Shown here one piece after another: positions 60,695 through 64,000 of a stretch of 64,000 bases of DNA. Both the position numbers and the translations under genes were made by a program. The stretch covers positions 1,736,001-1,800,000 of the forward strand of contig JAYWIR010000005.1 in NCBI GenBank assembly GCA_036172245.1, read 5' to 3'. Numbering within the stretch: the first letter of the stretch is position 1; each line of letters opens with the position of its first letter. Below the pieces are notes generated by a model, which saw only the letters and a list, made by a program, of their open reading frames with translations, searched no databases and was not told where the DNA came from. This DNA comes from Raillietiella orientalis (Eukaryota).

Positions 60695-60975
60695 TGTCGG
60701 TCGTGTGGCTGCGGCCTCCGCGCGTGGCACTAAGAGCTGTGGGTTCGAATCCTCATTTGGAGGATCGATGCCAAGAAATACAAGGTGCGTCGTGGGGTTC
60801 GAGTCCCCTCCGCAAGATGATGTTGGTTGGCCTATTCGCGTGCAAATCCGGATGCCCCGTCAACTAGCCGGGATTGGAAGTTGACCCCCCGAATTGCTTC
60901 TCCAGGGGAACCCCCCGGTCTGCGGTGGTCACTTCTCGCTCCAACTCCGAAGGGAACCCGAAAAGGAGCCACTCA
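60695..60975 (+). mobile_element. SINE head/5' body
   Basis: gtgtggctgcggcctccgcgcgtggcactaagagctgtgggttcgaatcc...ggggttcgagtcccc...ccgggattggaagttga. Confidence 0.75.
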
Positions 60976-61439
60976 TCCATCCTTTCTTCAGTTGACGCCG
61001 AGGGTGGTTCCGTTCCTCGACTGCTGCCCTAAAGGCAAATCGGCGTGATAGCGCCCGTCTGACAGAGCATGCAACGAGCAAACAGTTGCGTTTCCTCCAG
61101 TGGAAGAATCGAAACCAGGGATGCGATGCTGGAAACGTTCCTAGGCAACGAACCTTGGCGTCCCTCCTCGGGTTTTGACGCCACCCCTCGTGGGGATGAA
61201 AGGGACGGGGCGGGAGGCTCGCGGAGGCAGCCGACCCATGGAACCGAAAAACGAGGCGCTCCGCACTCCTGCCCTAGATTGCTCATCAAGAAAAAGTAGG
61301 CAATAGGGATTCACGCGGCCGCCGTAAGGCCTTGGGCCTTCGTGGTTCTCGGGGAGCGCGCGCACGACGCCGTCGTGCACCCCTCTTCCCTCTTTGTGAC
61401 TGCCTACCTGCCCTCATTGGATTCGTTTCTTAGCCCTCC

Positions 61440-61700
61440 TCCGGGCCGCTACTGGCAAGGGCCCGCTTGGGAGGGGAAGATCGGCCGAAACCAGAAATGG
61501 AGATCCTTTTCAGTGTTCGGGAATGGATGCAGGGCACTTCCGCGCAGCGCGCGTCTCCAGATGATTGGAGTCTGCGCCCGGGAATGTCCCGCCGCCATCA
61601 AAGCTCCACACGTCATCGCGTTCTCGTCCTCTCTCCTTGTCCGACTCGGAACCGAGCCCAAACGGAGGTCCCACAAACATCCCCCATCCACGCTACCAGT
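61440..61700 (-). mobile_element. Decayed LINE ORF1 zinc-knuckle remnant
   Basis: TCGALMAAGHSRAQTP and ALRGSALH resemble degenerate CX2CX4HX4C knuckles. Confidence 0.35.
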
Positions 61701-62124
61701 AAATTAACCGTGACGGATCTCCTAAAAGTTTCGGGTGCCTCCCCTACTGGGGAAAGGGCTGCAGAGTCAAATGCGGCTATATTTCACTCTGGGATGCTTG
61801 TCCTCCCGAAGCACCGGAAATGCCCATCCCGTTTCGGGAAGTGGGAAAATCCGAGCCCGTTTGTGAAAGCTTTCCTTCTCCCCGAAGTCTGGGGCAGTTC
61901 AGGGTGCCGAGTGAATAGACAGACGCGGGGAAGAGTGCGTCCAACGGTTCTTCGGCGATCGCACGGGGAGAGCAAGGGAGACAGGGAGTCGTCCACCTCG
62001 GGCGAAATCGGAAATGCCCCACAGGAAACACGGGACGCCGGAGAGGGGAAAAACAGATTCTTTCGGAGCCCGTTGCATCAGACACCCTCACCTCGGCCGT
62101 CCTACTCTTGATCCCTTTCGCAGT

Positions 62125-62960
62125 CGGCATTCGGCAATACCCTTGGGTCCTGTTTTCCTTCCAGATTTTTCTTTTTTTGGTTCTCGAGGAGTGTTGAGAA
62201 ACCTCTCGTTTCTTTGGGGAAGTCTTCGTGGAACTCTTCAGGTCGGGCGTCAAGCAAGGAGGGACCACCCTATGAATCCAGAAAGGCTCCAGAAGAAAGA
62301 GTCCATTCCTCTCACTCTAGGAAAACCCCGAAGGATATTTTTACCTTATTCTTTCAGGAGGACTCCCTGGTTTGTGGGGGCCACTCCTTATTTCTTCTCT
62401 AAAGGAAGTCCAGAAGGATCCGCTCCTAGTTTCCTCCTCTGAAGAGAACCCCAAAGGGGCATTTCCCAATTTCTCCGAAGGGCGCTCGTTGAAGAGAGCA
62501 GCATGCTTCTTGCACTCTAGAGAGGCAACCCCCTGAGAGCAGCTCCATGGTACCCGACTCGTTTTTCACCCTAAGGGCTTCTTGATTGCTGAAAGGACCC
62601 CGTAGGGTAAACTTCCGATCCCGGTCAGTGACCACGGGGGTCTCTGGAACGCTTCTGGGACTCCCAGACTTGATTATAATCCTCTCATAGAAAAAAGGAG
62701 GCGGGAAGACCCCACAGCATCCGGAAGTGACAGCCAGAGACTATCATCCTCAGACAGATGTCAGCCTCGTCTTGCGAACATGTGGTACCCCCTCCTCTCC
62801 TCCTCTCGATGCTGTCAGCCATGTTCCGTGCGAGGACCACAGTGCGGCCCACATCTTCTTGGGTATGTCGAAGAATTCTAGTCGTCGTTGTTCTTCTTCC
62901 TCCTCCTTTCCCTCCTCTTATTCTTTTTGTTCTTCTTCCTCCTCCATCTACCCAACCCCC
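62125..62960 (-). mobile_element. Long SINE variant, collinear copy
   Basis: Minus strand: purine-rich segment, ctgacat...gaggatgatagtctctggctg, gaccgggatcggaagtt, ggtaccatggagctg, ccctttggggttctcttcagaggag, gagcggatccttc. Confidence 0.78.
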
Positions 62961-63329
62961 TATGCCATCTGAGCGGCACCCTGTCTCCACAGGCTTCCAT
63001 CCTTCCGGCACCCGGAATAGCAGCAACAGCCACGCATTTCCTAGCAACGCACCTCATCCCGGTGCACGGTGTCCGCTACCGTGCCTCTTTTGCATCGCGT
63101 GAACCAAGAGAAAGAAGGAGGGAGCCAGTTTCTGGGACTCGTAGCGTCAGGTTCGAGGCAGGCGAGGCAGCGATCCTCGTCGATGAAACAAACGGACCGG
63201 GGTGTCACGAGAAAGCGAAGGCTCTGAGAACCTTGCCTAAGAACGCGAACCGGATGCGTCTGAGGTCAAAGCTCTCCCTGCTGCTGCCAATCTCCAGCCC
63301 TCAGCCACTCACATTCTGACTAGCAGAGA

Positions 63330-64000
63330 GGCTCTAGTTTGAAGGAACGGTTTGTTGCGGGAGGTCTGACGGAGAATTGGGGAGGATAAGGGACGTGGAA
63401 TTCCGTCTGCCCAAGCATCTAGATTCCCCATCCAGCATCCGCCCATCATTTAAACACAAATCTGACATGGACCGGGTGGAAAAACCTGAGGACTGCCACA
63501 GCGATTCTGATAACCACCGCCACATTGGTCAAAAGTTGTCAGCAGAGGTTTTATTTCCAGCCGACCTCTCTTGCGTGAGGTGGAGGAGACCACGATAGAT
63601 TCTTCGATACGCTTCCCTTGTTCTGGAATCGATATGGTCTCTGTTGGGGAGCAGGAAGGAAGTCGGTTTACGAGGAGATGGTGCTTTCCCATTTCCGCTT
63701 TAGTGGATCCGAGCAACAGTAAACTTTCGACTTCACATCGCTACCCATCAAAAACGTTGGTGGCCTGGGAAGTAGGAAGAAAAAAATATCCCAGAATATA
63801 TTCCGGAAATAACCATAAAATGAAGCTCAGTTTGTTGGCAACCCTGTTTGGAATGCATCGCTTCGTAATCCTGTGTAAAGCGCGTCCTTCATTCCCGGAA
63901 TCTGGCATCACGGATGGCGAAGCGCCGAAGTCCTTTGGGACTTCGAGAATCCCTTCGTAGGACATTGAATGAGTCATCCCTGGTTGTTATTAAACCTGCT
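63330..64000 (-). mobile_element. Decayed LINE RT C-terminal fragment (runs off the window)
   Basis: TRDDSF (YADD-like), ILEVPKDFGA and MWRWLSES remnants. Weak. Confidence 0.35.

Overview
GC-rich eukaryotic (most likely invertebrate animal) genomic DNA. Positions ~2.2-13.5 kb carry the 3' part of a spliced INPP5F/SAC2 phosphoinositide phosphatase gene on the + strand. It has 10 exons that I could splice in frame by hand: the CX5R catalytic motif CMDCLDRT, the hSac2 domain and the C-terminal CRTRIIRL. The upstream exons were not found in the window. Its large introns and essentially all of 13.5-64 kb are a dense, nested graveyard of decayed non-LTR retrotransposons of L1/Tx1 type (APE endonuclease, RT, C-terminal CCHC), plus many copies of one long (~1 kb) tRNA-headed SINE. 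Notable structure not explained by simple annotation: (1) a 3'-terminal motif shared by ~10 LINE ends, including a 44-bp tail-only insertion with a TSD; (2) a SINE body built of cUUCGg-type hairpin units; (3) a SINE copy with a twin-priming-type 5' inversion; (4) a foldback-like element whose arms are minisatellites; (5) several near-identical 0.8-1.2 kb duplications of already-dead repeats. No intact transposon ORF, rRNA, genuine tRNA or CRISPR array was found. Repeat boundaries and identities are estimated by eye.
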